Shown here piece after piece: positions 29,001-38,458 of a stretch of DNA of 64,000 nucleotides (its first letter is position 1; every line of letters begins with the position of its first letter). The notes below the pieces were generated by a model. The model saw only the letters and a program-made list of their open reading frames with translations. It made no database searches and had not been told where the DNA came from. The translations under genes were made by a program, and so were the position numbers. The stretch is from an uncultured Nitrososphaerota archaeon (lineage in GTDB: Archaea; Thermoproteota; Nitrososphaeria; Nitrososphaerales; CADDZS01): NCBI GenBank assembly GCA_963799845.1, contig CAWCYI010000004.1, forward strand, positions 1,280,001 through 1,344,000, in the 5' to 3' direction.

Positions 29001-29638
29001 TCTATTGCCTTTTGCACATCCTCGTCGGTAATCTTGTACTGAAAGTTACCGACGTCCCGCTCGTAGATTCTGAGCTCTTCGACAAAGCGCCCAACTTCGT
29101 CGTCGAATCCGGATCCAATGTATTTGTCGAGGCCCAGAGATTTCCTGACCTGATCAGCTATTACAAGCGTTAGGGCAGACTCGGTTCCCCCGGCTGATCT
29201 AATCGGGCCCGCAAACTCTATGCTGAGGTAATCTGATCCGTTCTGGTTTTGTTTGATTCGGACAGCGGAGACGCCCTGAATTGGAGCAACGGTTACACCA
29301 TCGGTCACTATCGCAAGCCCCAACCTGACAGCGGCTTCGGCTGGCGTCTGACCTTCGGGAAGGGAATATTTTCCCGAAGCTACTTCTCTTGCGAGGATCA
29401 ACGCCGCGACCTCTGTACGGTTGGATTGCATCAACTCCCGAAGGCGATCCGCAATTGGAACCTCCAGCAACTTCGCTACCCTGTCGGCCAAATCGAGGGC
29501 AAGTGGAGACTCTACGATTAATGACGGATCTGAGCCCTGAGTTTTAGCTACGGCTGCTAGTGAGTATTGCTTTTGGAGCTCTTTCTCGATCAAACTATGA
29601 TACTGCAAATACGACGCGGGCTTTGAAGTACTGTCCAC
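26030..29638 (-). CDS. polC: DNA polymerase II (PolD) large subunit DP2
   Basis: AGPIRSAGGT, GGFRLRYGR, RVGRPEK, DGTIRFDATN, LAPHTS, HSAKRRDCDGDGD, GGLMDAPL, C-terminal Zn fingers. Confidence 0.97.
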   Translation of the reverse strand: MDSTSKPASYLQYHSLIEKELQKQYSLAAVAKTQGSDPSLIVESPLALDLADRVAKLLEVPIADRLRELMQSNRTEVAALILAREVASGKYSLPEGQTPAEAAVRLGLAIVTDGVTVAPIQGVSAVRIKQNQNGSDYLSIEFAGPIRSAGGTESALTLVIADQVRKSLGLDKYIGSGFDDEVGRFVEELRIYERDVGNFQYKITDEDVQKAIENLPVEIDGVWTDNYEVVVHRDMKRISSNRVRGGALRVLNDGVVGKSKKLLKLLGELGIDDWTWLSELSGGKQQGTDETKASSSHFEEVISGRPVLSMPNKPGGFRLRYGRAPNTGIHAVGIHPAVCSLLNFPIVIGTQIKVDMPGKGASIAIVDTLETPIVRLKDGSVLRVKDAEHAASLAAQLDSILYLGDILISFGDFLENNYKLVPSAYVEEWWAQDFAKAFKQRYSGLASGAADLGIEGTRLEKLMKEPLHTFPTFLEAQRISRVMQVPLHPRSLFYWDQISPSELIRLRDGLSVYNNEALVSLRGDVALKPILEKLGVEHSLLAENQIIVTGIDALVIMECLDLRRERTRELSGEGWTNTCELVGKLSDMQIKNKSSTFVGVRVGRPEKGMPRKMRPPVQGLFPVGKSVGMSRDILLASENHSLSIEIVNLECPKCGTRCITAKCALCDSTPVLFKVCVQCHTRALDSSATRCPACGGQLRFSSGFEFPLKQELRKASLRVDYIPQKPLKGVLGLTNELKIPERLEKVLLRQKYDLSVYRDGTIRFDATNVPLTHFKPKQIQTSITKLKEIGYSLDVNGKPLERDDQTVELLMQDVIVPFEAGTFLVSVAKYVDDLLVHQYNLEPYYNVENPQDLIGHLIIGLAPHTSVGIVGRVVGFSNAQACFATPYWHSAKRRDCDGDGDSILLMMDVLLNFSKKFLPSIIGGLMDAPLLIQPLILPKEVQRQAHHMDVTSLYPLEFYEAAERKVTPSEAKKFIEIVKDRLDTEKQYHGFGFTHDTNTITVKNNRSSYSTLVTLTEKLDRQIEIAEKINAVNPHDVVKSVLRTHLLPDIIGNTKAYTSQRFRCKDCSTKYRRMPIKGVCLSCGGTLQASVTRGSVEKYLQLGLRLSHKYDVGEYLRSRFILASEELATLFTPEGHQSDMKDYFVSGLVETETETILIPPAFVKTPKIAEVSLSTTEEIESDQKQEKKKKLRPVEQFQTTLF

Positions 29639-29654
29639 GGTGATATATCACGCA

Positions 29655-30440
29655 TCACTTATGTGATACTGCCTGACATATCGCAGTGAGCACAGAATCA
29701 AAATTTCCACTCTCCAGCACCGTGCCAACAACGACAATATCAGCGCCCGCGGTTGAGGCAAGTGTGGCTGCTTCCGGAGACGTTATTCCTCCACCTACTA
29801 TGAGGGTGCCCGCATAGACCTTCCTTACCGCCGAGATCATCGCTTGTGATACCCGTCCATCGGCACCTGATCCTGCCTCCAAATACACGAAACGCATGCC
29901 AAAATACTCCGCAGCGAGTGCGTACATCGCAGCAAGACTCGGTTTATTTGGTGGGATCCCCTTAGCCCTGCCCACAAATCCGGCAGCTCCCCCATCTCCC
30001 ACGATCAAATATGCCATCGGAATCGCTTCAAGATTGTACTTTCTTATAGCTAAAGCACCTAAAGCCTGTGCTTCGGTGATAAAATACGGGTTATCAGAAT
30101 TCATCAGACATGAAAAGAAGATGGCATCCGCGCTTGGTGACACACCTGTGACATTTCCCGGAAACAGTATCACTGGTGATGTCACAGAAGCCTTTATCGT
30201 TCTCACTACCTCTTCGAGTTCGATCTGGTCCACCGCAGTCGAGCCCCCCACGAGAATAGCTCTCGCTCCGCAGTTTTCAACTCTTGCAGCAATACTTGCT
30301 GCCTGGGCGGGGGAAATATTCTCAGAGTCTAAGAGGCCGACGCAAATAGTACCTTGAGATTTTATGAGGTCTCTAAGCTTCGATTCTGTTTGCCTCAGAG
30401 GTAGGCGCACCCGTTTGTCCTGCGTTGAATCGATCAACAA
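29655..30440 (-). CDS. Geranylgeranylglyceryl phosphate synthase
   Basis: ILVGGST, PVILFPG, MNSDNPYFI, YLEAGSGA, LIVGGGI, GADIVVVGT; true start may be the GTG near 30410. Confidence 0.92.
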   Translation of the reverse strand: MLIDSTQDKRVRLPLRQTESKLRDLIKSQGTICVGLLDSENISPAQAASIAARVENCGARAILVGGSTAVDQIELEEVVRTIKASVTSPVILFPGNVTGVSPSADAIFFSCLMNSDNPYFITEAQALGALAIRKYNLEAIPMAYLIVGDGGAAGFVGRAKGIPPNKPSLAAMYALAAEYFGMRFVYLEAGSGADGRVSQAMISAVRKVYAGTLIVGGGITSPEAATLASTAGADIVVVGTVLESGNFDSVLTAICQAVSHK

Positions 30441-30654
30441 ACTCGTTGTAAATATCTATAGGCTCTTTCCCCGCATTCGGGATCTCCTGACTTGTACCGC
30501 AGCTTCCGCATGAGATAATAGTCGTTGTTTCCTTCGGCTGTAATCTCACCGAAACCATTCCACAATTCGGACAAGTGAAAACTTTAGGCAGTGTCTTCTT
30601 TACTACGTGAACTACTCTTCTTCGTCTACGACCCAATTCCTTTCTTACCGTCAT
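30373..30654 (-). CDS. elf1: Transcription elongation factor Elf1
   Basis: GRRRRR..KKTLPKVFTCPNCG...CGSCG...EPIDIYNEFVD. Confidence 0.88.
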   Translation of the reverse strand: MTVRKELGRRRRRVVHVVKKTLPKVFTCPNCGMVSVRLQPKETTTIISCGSCGTSQEIPNAGKEPIDIYNEFVDRFNAGQTGAPTSEANRIEA

Positions 30655-30834
30655 ATTTCACGCATCTCCGAACGCATAAATTAGTTGCTAGACGAGCGTT
30701 ATAATAAATCCAATATCTGCGCCCAAATGTTATCCAAATTGTATAAAATATAAGGAAAATATCGGCCAATTTGAATTTTCGACTGTCCTGAATTTGTAAT
30801 ACATTTTTGTATAACCGCCTGTAGATCTGGATCA

Positions 30835-31233
30835 ATGCTAGAGGACATCAGAAACGATACCATTGCTACTTTCCTTCTGCAAAAAAGCAATTTGACGGAG
30901 GTTCAGCTTGACACGATTCTCGCCTCGGAAGAAATTGGAAATTTGGATTTCAAAAGAGGATTGAGAGAGAAACGCAAGGTTTCAAAAGGATCCTTTGCCC
31001 GGACACTTAAACAGGCTCATGAAAATATAGAAGCATCGCTCTACACAATTTTCCTACTCGCTTATCTTGACTTGGTGCGCCCAGAGAAAATCGGGCAGTT
31101 CGTTCGAAATACCCTGATGCTGGGGGAATTGAAGAGCGTGAAACCGCAAAGGGAAGATTTCTTGAAAGTCATAGATGCAATGGAAGGTTACGTTCAAAGC
31201 TTTGCCAAGGGCGAGCGAAAGCTTATTGTGTGA
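30835..31233 (+). CDS. Conserved-type hypothetical protein (HTH-like)
   Basis: LLQKSNLTEVQLDT...VSKGSFARTLKQAHENIEASLYTIFLLAYL. Confidence 0.7.
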   Translation: MLEDIRNDTIATFLLQKSNLTEVQLDTILASEEIGNLDFKRGLREKRKVSKGSFARTLKQAHENIEASLYTIFLLAYLDLVRPEKIGQFVRNTLMLGELKSVKPQREDFLKVIDAMEGYVQSFAKGERKLIV

Positions 31234-31251
31234 TATTGTCTTTCGATTTTT

Positions 31252-31908
31252 GTGATGGCCGTCACGACCGATGACTATATCACGATATTATCGCTCGGGA
31301 TATCGATTGTTTCTGTTGCACTTGTGATTTTTGTATCCGCTCGCATGGAAAGACGGGTCAAGTCGCAATATCACATCCCGGAAGCAGCCTCTTCCGATTA
31401 TCAGGTAGAAGTTTCTGCCATCGTAACTGAATTTAATCAGCGACTGAAACGGCTTGAGGAAAACTTGGTTGATCAAAAAGTGAAGCTTGAGATTATGGAA
31501 TTGAAAGCGTCCCGGGCGGTTCAGGGTCCAAATTTGCCAGTTCATGAAGTAGAGACGGGGAGAACTTTCTCGCAACGCGATAAGTTGCATAATCCTGTGA
31601 TGAATATGGAACGAGCTTCAATGGAAAAGGCAGCTCAAGCTTCGGGTACGAGAATTCCCTTACAGGGACAGTTTCCCGATCAGGATAAGAAGCTGGGAGT
31701 AACTGAATTGGAGGCCCTGCGATTGGTGTTTGAGGGCCGCGGTAAGATCAGCGCCAAAGAGATTCAACAGAGGATCGGGCGTACTAGAGAACACACTGCG
31801 CGGATGATGAACTCTCTCTATCATGACGGGCTCGTGGAACGTGATGTGACAGCCAGGCCTTTTTCATACTCCATCACAGAGAAAGGTCGAGATTTACTGA
31901 ACGATTAG
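31252..31908 (+). CDS. Membrane-anchored coiled-coil protein with C-terminal wHTH
   Basis: N-terminal TM helix, FNQRLKRLEENLVDQKVKLEIMEL coiled coil, SAKEIQQRIGRTREHTARMMNSLYHDGLVER..PFSYSITEKG. Confidence 0.8.
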   Translation: MMAVTTDDYITILSLGISIVSVALVIFVSARMERRVKSQYHIPEAASSDYQVEVSAIVTEFNQRLKRLEENLVDQKVKLEIMELKASRAVQGPNLPVHEVETGRTFSQRDKLHNPVMNMERASMEKAAQASGTRIPLQGQFPDQDKKLGVTELEALRLVFEGRGKISAKEIQQRIGRTREHTARMMNSLYHDGLVERDVTARPFSYSITEKGRDLLND

Positions 31909-32015
31909 AATGTAGTTGAACGAATTTCTGAAAAGAGATCTGAAAAAATGGGAAAGTTTTTGTCTAGATCATGCAATCAACATATTACCTTCCTGGGGGC
32001 AATGATGTCGAGTAG

Positions 32016-32618
32016 ATGTCCGCAAAACAAGTGACCAAGAGCAAGATCAGGTTTGCCAGATACGGACCTTCGGATCATTACGAGGAGGCTCCGGCGGCGG
32101 GCATGTGCATTAGTGTGTTTGCACTGGTTAGGAGAGCTGGCAAAAAGGGAGTCCTGCTGGGACAGCCAAAGCAGGACAGTAGATGGGCTTCTGAGTGGCT
32201 AGGTGCTTGGAAGGCGTACTCCGAAAAGGAACTTGCCGAAGCCTACCATCAGTGGAGGCTGCCGTCAAGTTATCTCATAGAAGGGGAACATCCTGAAGAT
32301 GCGATCAAGCGGATAATGGTGGATCAGGTTGGGATGAGTGATTATATTATTTCGAAGAAAGGACCACGTGTGTTTTCGTACAGCACGCCTTCGGACTGGT
32401 ACCCGGGAAATAATCACTGGGATCTTGTCTTCGTTTACGATCTTAAAGTCAAAACCAAAGGCAAGGACAAAGAAATCCCGAAATGGTGGCAGGAGCTTCT
32501 ATTTGTAAAGAAAAAGAAAGATTTTCGCGACAAAGACTATGGCTGGAATGAAGACTTCATGCGCGACCTCGGCCTGATCGAACACGAGAGAACCTCGAAG
32601 AAGAAAGAGGATCTTTGA
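32016..32618 (+). CDS. NUDIX-fold protein (degenerate Nudix box)
   Basis: WRLPSSYLIEGEHPEDAIKRIMVDQVG, HWDLVFVY. Confidence 0.7.
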   Translation: MSAKQVTKSKIRFARYGPSDHYEEAPAAGMCISVFALVRRAGKKGVLLGQPKQDSRWASEWLGAWKAYSEKELAEAYHQWRLPSSYLIEGEHPEDAIKRIMVDQVGMSDYIISKKGPRVFSYSTPSDWYPGNNHWDLVFVYDLKVKTKGKDKEIPKWWQELLFVKKKKDFRDKDYGWNEDFMRDLGLIEHERTSKKKEDL

Positions 32619-32655
32619 TCCTCTTGAACTAGATCATGGTTGATGGTGCTCATTC

Positions 32656-34182
32656 TTGAACTCGGGCCTGAAGATCATGGTTCTCGCAACCTTGTTCTTG
32701 CTCGTCGCTTCAAGTTTGCTGGCTTCAGCGATCCGCAAGGACGCTTTTTCGAAACAAACTCTACTTCCCGCTGCTCAATCGATAACAGTCCCTTCGCAGT
32801 ACTTTATTCCGCTAGGAATCGATACTTTTTCAAACTCTAGCTTGATTGACTACTACGTTAATAGCAACGTTTCGATTTCGACGGCACTCATGAATTCTGA
32901 GCAATTCAATTTGTTCAACAGCAGCAGTCCTGACAATACTGATGATATTTCAAATGCGCTATCGGATCGGAATGGAACGATTGATAATGAGCAGGTCAGC
33001 GTCTCCTCTGGTGCTTACTATCTAGTGTTCTTCGATTATTCGCAGTCGGACGCCAATGTGACATTCTCTTATCAAGCGTACCCCGTCACCCCATTTGTTG
33101 CCGGTCCCCTCTTCCCACCAGAACCGACAGGCCTTGCATCGTTCGGCATAAACAACGATTCGGGTAACGCGATACCTTACGAAATCAAGACAAGCAGCGT
33201 CGTTGGAGTTGCGAATATCTCCTCTATTCAGGCATACAACTCCTCGGCTCCCAGCCTCAATGACACGGTCTCGGGAGCAACTTTGCAGCTCAATGCCGTG
33301 TTGGTCGTCGACAAAAATGGAACGCAGTATGTATACTGGTGCCAGGACACCCCGGATTTTGTGACGAATGTCTCTCAGGTCTCGTTCGGCGATAACCTGT
33401 GGAACAATACGGACGTGACCGGATTTTTGTCAAACCAGTCGGTTACTTCTCCAAATGGAAACTCCGTCTATGCTACGGATGACAATGGAACTTCGCAGGA
33501 CTACTATGGATTTGGCACGAACAACTACACCTACGTCGAACCTTTCGACATCAGACTTCTGATGAACGAAAGCATTCTCTCGGGGGGCGTCCTTTTGCAA
33601 ATGGGGACCCAAGTGCTTCGCAATGGTTCCCAGACGTTTGCCCAACCGATTTTCTGGTTTGATAACATTACGATAAACGATCCCGGGGTTCAGAGCGCTT
33701 ACTTTTACGTTTCTGGGAATGATTCGACTCCGATCGGCAGCTTTTACGATGCCGAGCTGGTGTTTGCCGGTGAGGGAAATTTGGAGGCTACTAACTTTAC
33801 CCAGATGGATTCGACGCTGGGACTGTTTTACGTGAATTCTTCCAACGAATTGTCCCCCTTCCCCACCTACTACAGTTTCGGAGGAGACACTGGCGAAGCG
33901 ACATACAACCTGCACGTACAGTACTCTGGAAATGGCGTAGCCCAAGTGACGATTGGTTCGCCCAACTACATCTACCTGAACGCCGTTTCCAATTCTACCA
34001 CATCTTCATCAACTTCCGTGAATACTTCGACTGGGATAGGTACGGTGCTTTCATCAGCCACAACCGTGACTTCGCCGGGCGCTAGTAGTATTTCGAGCAG
34101 TTATCTTCTGGTCGTAATTCCAGTCGTTACGATCATGATCATTTTAGGGACTATCGCCTCTAGACGGAGGAGGATAGTCTAG
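32656..34182 (+). CDS. Thermopsin-family (peptidase A5) secreted acid protease with C-terminal membrane anchor
   Basis: PTGLASFG, TLQLNAVL, YWCQD, DNLWN, YDAELVFAGEGN, YSFGGDTGE; signal peptide, Ser/Thr linker, TM plus RRRR tail. Confidence 0.88.
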   Translation: MNSGLKIMVLATLFLLVASSLLASAIRKDAFSKQTLLPAAQSITVPSQYFIPLGIDTFSNSSLIDYYVNSNVSISTALMNSEQFNLFNSSSPDNTDDISNALSDRNGTIDNEQVSVSSGAYYLVFFDYSQSDANVTFSYQAYPVTPFVAGPLFPPEPTGLASFGINNDSGNAIPYEIKTSSVVGVANISSIQAYNSSAPSLNDTVSGATLQLNAVLVVDKNGTQYVYWCQDTPDFVTNVSQVSFGDNLWNNTDVTGFLSNQSVTSPNGNSVYATDDNGTSQDYYGFGTNNYTYVEPFDIRLLMNESILSGGVLLQMGTQVLRNGSQTFAQPIFWFDNITINDPGVQSAYFYVSGNDSTPIGSFYDAELVFAGEGNLEATNFTQMDSTLGLFYVNSSNELSPFPTYYSFGGDTGEATYNLHVQYSGNGVAQVTIGSPNYIYLNAVSNSTTSSSTSVNTSTGIGTVLSSATTVTSPGASSISSSYLLVVIPVVTIMIILGTIASRRRRIV

Positions 34183-35026
34183 TCAGGTCATTTGCGCAGG
34201 GAAGATTCTGTTTTTTACGTTATGAGCTCCCACCAGCAGCAAGATTGGCGAGACAAAATCGAGCAATGGAATTATGAGAAGTATTGCTGCCACCTTGATC
34301 AATGTATCGTCGTACCTGGAGCCCATTCGCCACAACCCAAGGATTGGTCCCCCAATTATTCCCACAAATGCAATGATGCCACCGATGGAGGTAATCACTA
34401 GACCGCCTAAAAATACGCCGAGGCTTCCGGCCGGAAAAGAATTGATTGGCTGTCCTAGATGTTGACCGATTTCGTTGAGTATAGGTTGCATTCCCGAGAG
34501 GACGACGAGATACCCGAGGAACACTATTCTAACTCTCCTCTTGATGATAATCTTGCCAATAGATGGTATTCTGAAATGTGGTCTGTCGACCGTAGCAAGA
34601 CTCTTGAAAGCGGAACGTCAGCTGCTGATAAGTTATGGTCTCAACCACTATCCCGACTAGAATAATTATTGCAAATATCGTCAAGTAATTGGGAGCAAAG
34701 CTAAAACTTGTCGGAGTGGCGCTCGTAGAATTTCGGTTTACGATTACCAAGTCCCTAAACGGATTCAGAAGGAAGGTGGATACAAAACCAATTACAATTG
34801 ATGCAAGAATTATCGCCGAGAATATTGTGAGCTTTCTCAGCGCCTTCCTGTCTGCATCGCCAAATACTGAAGGGATGATTGTTGGTTGATAGTGGGAACT
34901 AGGTGGGGGCGGCGGTGCGACTGTCCCGGGAACAGTGCTTGTAGTCGAAAGCCGCTTGCCGCAGGCCGGGCAGTAGAGTGCGTTGTCTTCCAGACTGTGA
35001 CCGCACGCTGGGCAGAATGGCATCAT
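34183..35026 (-). CDS. Zinc-ribbon + DUF973-like membrane protein, frameshifted near 34618
   Basis: FCPACG..YCPACG N-terminus; removing one base gives QQLRSAFKSLATVD..., which runs into the 34183-34524 ORF (LGLWRMGSRYDDTLIKVAAIL). Confidence 0.7.
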
Positions 35027-35243
35027 CAGATGATTTTTGTATGCGACTAATCAATATTCTCAGAGTTTTCAAAGATCGTAACTAATTTTGCCTCATGTTT
35101 CGAATGGAGGAATTATGGATTTCAGATACCGATCGCAGATTCCATATCGAAATCTATTCCCAAGATCTGTTTAGCCCTAATTTTTGTTTCTGGCAAGTTT
35201 TGCTTTATCCCGCTTTTCGCGTTTGGTCTCGCTTGTGCTTTAA

Positions 35244-37439
35244 TTGCCAGAGGCATCTCACTCCAAGCGTCGTTTATTTGTTGTAGGTATCGTTGGATCA
35301 ATTATCGTCGTTGCTTTGATGGTCGGAGTTATTCTCGTTCAAACCGGATCAAACGTCAATGAAGTTTCAATCTCATCCTCATCTGCATCTCTCGGATCAG
35401 AAACGAGTTCTCAAATTGTTTCTACAACTAGTTCAGGAACCACGAGCGAATCCTCTTCGACCAGTTCCACATCGACCTATACCGGTCCGACCGGCATATT
35501 GGGGGTCTCTCTGACAGATCCTCCAATTGTTCCGCCCGGAGTGACTAATATTTACATTTCTTATTCCAGCGTCCAAGTCCATGTAGCCGAAGCTGGTAAC
35601 CAAGATGGTTGGTACCTGGTCGCCGAATCTGGCAGTGTCGATCTTATGAGTTTAGTGAATGTTAGTTTGACGCTCGGCAGCGCTGCAGTCCAGACTGGTG
35701 TATTCAATCTAATTTCTTTCAATATTACTTCGGCCTCAGTGACGATAAATGGACAGAATGAAACTGCCTACGTTCCGGCAAACAGGATCAATGTCCCAAT
35801 CGTTGGCGGAATATCTGTAACTTCCGACAACTCCTCAGGGGTGCTCGTAGATCTCAGCCCGGAGGTCGTCCCGTACCAGAATGGAACCTCGGTGTCCTAC
35901 GTTCTTGTGCCGGAAGCAAGAAGCCTTCCAATACCTAGTGATGTGTGGAACTACAGGCTTGAAGTGAAAGGAGCAAAGATAGATGAAATTCAGAACCAGA
36001 CGTGGGTCTCGCAGGCCGCAGGACAGGTTGTGGTCACTGGAGTCCACCTGACTCCCAACTCTTTCTCGCTCACTCTTCAAAATCAGGGAACGACAAACGC
36101 GAGCTTCTCCTCCATAGTCCTTGGACAGGTTTTGCAACTGCCACAGTGTCTGGCTGCTTCTGCGCCTGATTCACCCAGGCCGACTGATGAAAATGGGAGC
36201 TATGTTTCAGTGTCAGTAGAAGGAGGATCATTTGTCGGTGCGCAATCAGTATTCGTCGGCGGCAGGGTCTATCCCCCTCCAAGTGTTCCCAATACTACGG
36301 CGGCTGTACTTGTGACCGATCCGAATGGCGTCGTCGTAGAGTCGCTAAATTCTTCTGTTGAAGTTTCAGGAGCATTCCATGCAACTTTTATTTCTGGAGG
36401 TTCCAGATTGCCTTGGATTGGCGGCCTGTATACGGTGTCCGCGACCTATAATGGTACGACAGCCAGAGCGACATTCAGCTGGACACCTGCGGTTGAAATT
36501 ACAACTAGCACGTCATATCAGTACACGAATGCAACTTCTTTCGCTACATCATATGATTCCAATACAACAACGCAAACTGAGCATTCTTACAATGCAACCA
36601 CGACGATTGAGTATCCAAATTCCACCTATGCTCGTCCCAACAATCTGACAGTTCTCACTAATGGCACTTCATATTACGGCCAGGCCAGAGTCTTTGTATA
36701 CGGTGGGGTCAGCCCTGTACCGACCAGCTCAGATTACTGGGTTTCCGTCCGTGTTTTGAACCCGAACAAAGTTGTCGTGTTCTCTACCGAAGTTCAAGTA
36801 TCATCGAATGGTCAGTTCAACGCCTCGTTCGTTGTAGGAACACCATCGGGCGATAGCGCTGGGAATTATCTTTGGACTAACGGCACTTACCTCGTCTATG
36901 CATATCACGGAAGTGTTGTTTCAGCTACGAAGTTTCAATGGAGCGGGCCCAGTCCGGTAGTTACCTCTTACACTGAGACGTCAACCTATGTGACGAATAC
37001 GACTCTGAACAGTGGAGGATTCCAGAAATATTTCTGCGGCCTGTACTCAAGTCAGGATCGTGGTCACCTTCCACCGAGCTTCCCGGTCGCCTACTATGCC
37101 ATCCTCGCCAATGGTACTCTGTATCCGGTAAATTACACGTCGTTGATCCTCAATGGAATCTCTCACTACTCAACCGTCCACCCGGATGAAAACAGTTCCA
37201 CGTCAAACCGCGTCTCCGGAAACATGTTGGTCTACACACTGGCACCTGGTCAGTCTGTTACATTCACATACAATGGCACGATCGACAGTCTGACAGGTGC
37301 TCTCATTTCCTACTTACCAGCCAACTTTGCTGTCCCGAGTTCACTCTTCCATATCAACCTCGGCCTAGAGTACACCGTGAGCGCATCCGGACCGTTTGAG
37401 ACAAGAATCGCGACCATCGTGAACGCAAGTACAAGTTAG
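35244..37439 (+). CDS. Large membrane-anchored surface glycoprotein with DUF4382-like domain
   Basis: N-terminal TM, Ser/Thr linker, LGVSLTDPP..VTNIYISYSSVQVH; two internal Ig-like repeats (V.DPNG/VLNPNK ... G.F.A.F ... G.Y.V.A.Y); many NxS/T sequons. Confidence 0.75.
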   Translation: MPEASHSKRRLFVVGIVGSIIVVALMVGVILVQTGSNVNEVSISSSSASLGSETSSQIVSTTSSGTTSESSSTSSTSTYTGPTGILGVSLTDPPIVPPGVTNIYISYSSVQVHVAEAGNQDGWYLVAESGSVDLMSLVNVSLTLGSAAVQTGVFNLISFNITSASVTINGQNETAYVPANRINVPIVGGISVTSDNSSGVLVDLSPEVVPYQNGTSVSYVLVPEARSLPIPSDVWNYRLEVKGAKIDEIQNQTWVSQAAGQVVVTGVHLTPNSFSLTLQNQGTTNASFSSIVLGQVLQLPQCLAASAPDSPRPTDENGSYVSVSVEGGSFVGAQSVFVGGRVYPPPSVPNTTAAVLVTDPNGVVVESLNSSVEVSGAFHATFISGGSRLPWIGGLYTVSATYNGTTARATFSWTPAVEITTSTSYQYTNATSFATSYDSNTTTQTEHSYNATTTIEYPNSTYARPNNLTVLTNGTSYYGQARVFVYGGVSPVPTSSDYWVSVRVLNPNKVVVFSTEVQVSSNGQFNASFVVGTPSGDSAGNYLWTNGTYLVYAYHGSVVSATKFQWSGPSPVVTSYTETSTYVTNTTLNSGGFQKYFCGLYSSQDRGHLPPSFPVAYYAILANGTLYPVNYTSLILNGISHYSTVHPDENSSTSNRVSGNMLVYTLAPGQSVTFTYNGTIDSLTGALISYLPANFAVPSSLFHINLGLEYTVSASGPFETRIATIVNASTS

Positions 37440-37456
37440 ATCAAAAAATCTAACCT

Positions 37457-37924
37457 TCAGGGCGAGATCTCGTTTGGTACAACCTGCTGGATCGGTTGCT
37501 GAATTTTGGGTAACTTGTAGATCCATCCCGAGCCGTGCCGCGATCTCGTGAGCAGCCCTCTGCTTGCGAGACGTGAAAGGTAGGTAGAAACCACGCTCAG
37601 ACTGGTTGGGGTATGGAACTCTTCCAGATAGGCCTCAAGTGTATCGCTTGAAGTGAAAGATCCAAGGCGGAACCTGTCCTGAATCAAGGTGTATACTCTC
37701 GCGAAGTTTGTGTCCATCGGCTCCTGTTGTCCTGCATTCTGGGGTTCCTTTGTAGAGACAGCCTGCGCGAAATCTATCAGTTTGCTAATATTCTCCTTTG
37801 AGGTCCCCTCAATGTTGAATGAGTACTTCGTCCCAGAGTCGTCGGCAAACTCGATTTTTATCTTCACAGGCCTTTGAGGCGGCTTGAATGTGGCTGAAAG
37901 CGGAATTTCCTCTGGTGGTATCAT
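37457..37924 (-). CDS. Origin-adjacent wHTH protein
   Basis: FTSSDTLEAYLEEFHTPTSLSVVSTYLSRLASRGLLTRSRHGSGWIY; divergent from cdc6 across oriC. Confidence 0.75.
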   Translation of the reverse strand: MIPPEEIPLSATFKPPQRPVKIKIEFADDSGTKYSFNIEGTSKENISKLIDFAQAVSTKEPQNAGQQEPMDTNFARVYTLIQDRFRLGSFTSSDTLEAYLEEFHTPTSLSVVSTYLSRLASRGLLTRSRHGSGWIYKLPKIQQPIQQVVPNEISP

Positions 37925-38458
37925 TCGAATTCACAGGTAGACAATTAACGGCTTCACACGGCCTGAAAGAGGAGTAGATAACATGTGAAGGTGTTAATCT
38001 GCTCAAGTGTTTGTCAAATTGATCGAAGCACCATGGGGTGATCAGAAATTGAATAGAAAGCTATTGGAACGTATATTCTGGATAGATTTTTTGTGAATTG
38101 ATTGAAACTCATAATTGGCGAATGCTTCTGCAGTGGAAATGAAGGGGTGTGTAATAGAGCCCGTATACATGTTTAGAAGACCGATCCTAGCTCCAGTGGA
38201 AGAGAAGGGGTCGCATTCAAGGACTTCATCGAATGCCTGAAGGATGCTGGTTCACAGGCACCCTAGCAGTTCCAGTGGAAATATCCCGAAAGATAGGTCT
38301 TGTATATACGTGCTGATGTATGCTTGGAACAGACGGTGTTGATCATTATTGACTTTACTGTTTTTCATTACTATAGCATGATCGCTTCAATCATTATTTT
38401 TTAGATTGATTATGTAATGAAGACTCTAAAAGCACACTTCCAATAGAAATCAAGGTAG
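37925..38458. other. Replication origin (oriC) with ORB elements and AT-rich segments
   Basis: CTGCAGTGGAAATGAAGGGG (38128-38147), CTCCAGTGGAAGAGAAGGGG (38191-38210), GTTCCAGTGGAAAT (38269-38282), TTCCAATAGAAATCAAGG (38438-38455); directly upstream of cdc6. Confidence 0.88.

Noticed and set aside
26218-29521. Many 60-190 aa alternative-frame ORFs over polC (similarly over the kor/hdr, phosphohexomutase and ALDH genes)
   Set aside because: Shadow ORFs of well-supported genes, with no motifs
26030-29638. Intein in PolD DP2
   Set aside because: The usual insertion region reads continuously (HSAKRRDCDGDGD) and the length is ordinary
29640-29651. GTGATATATCAC palindrome between GGGPS and polC
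   Set aside because: A single short palindrome in a 16-bp gap with no supporting copies; could be chance
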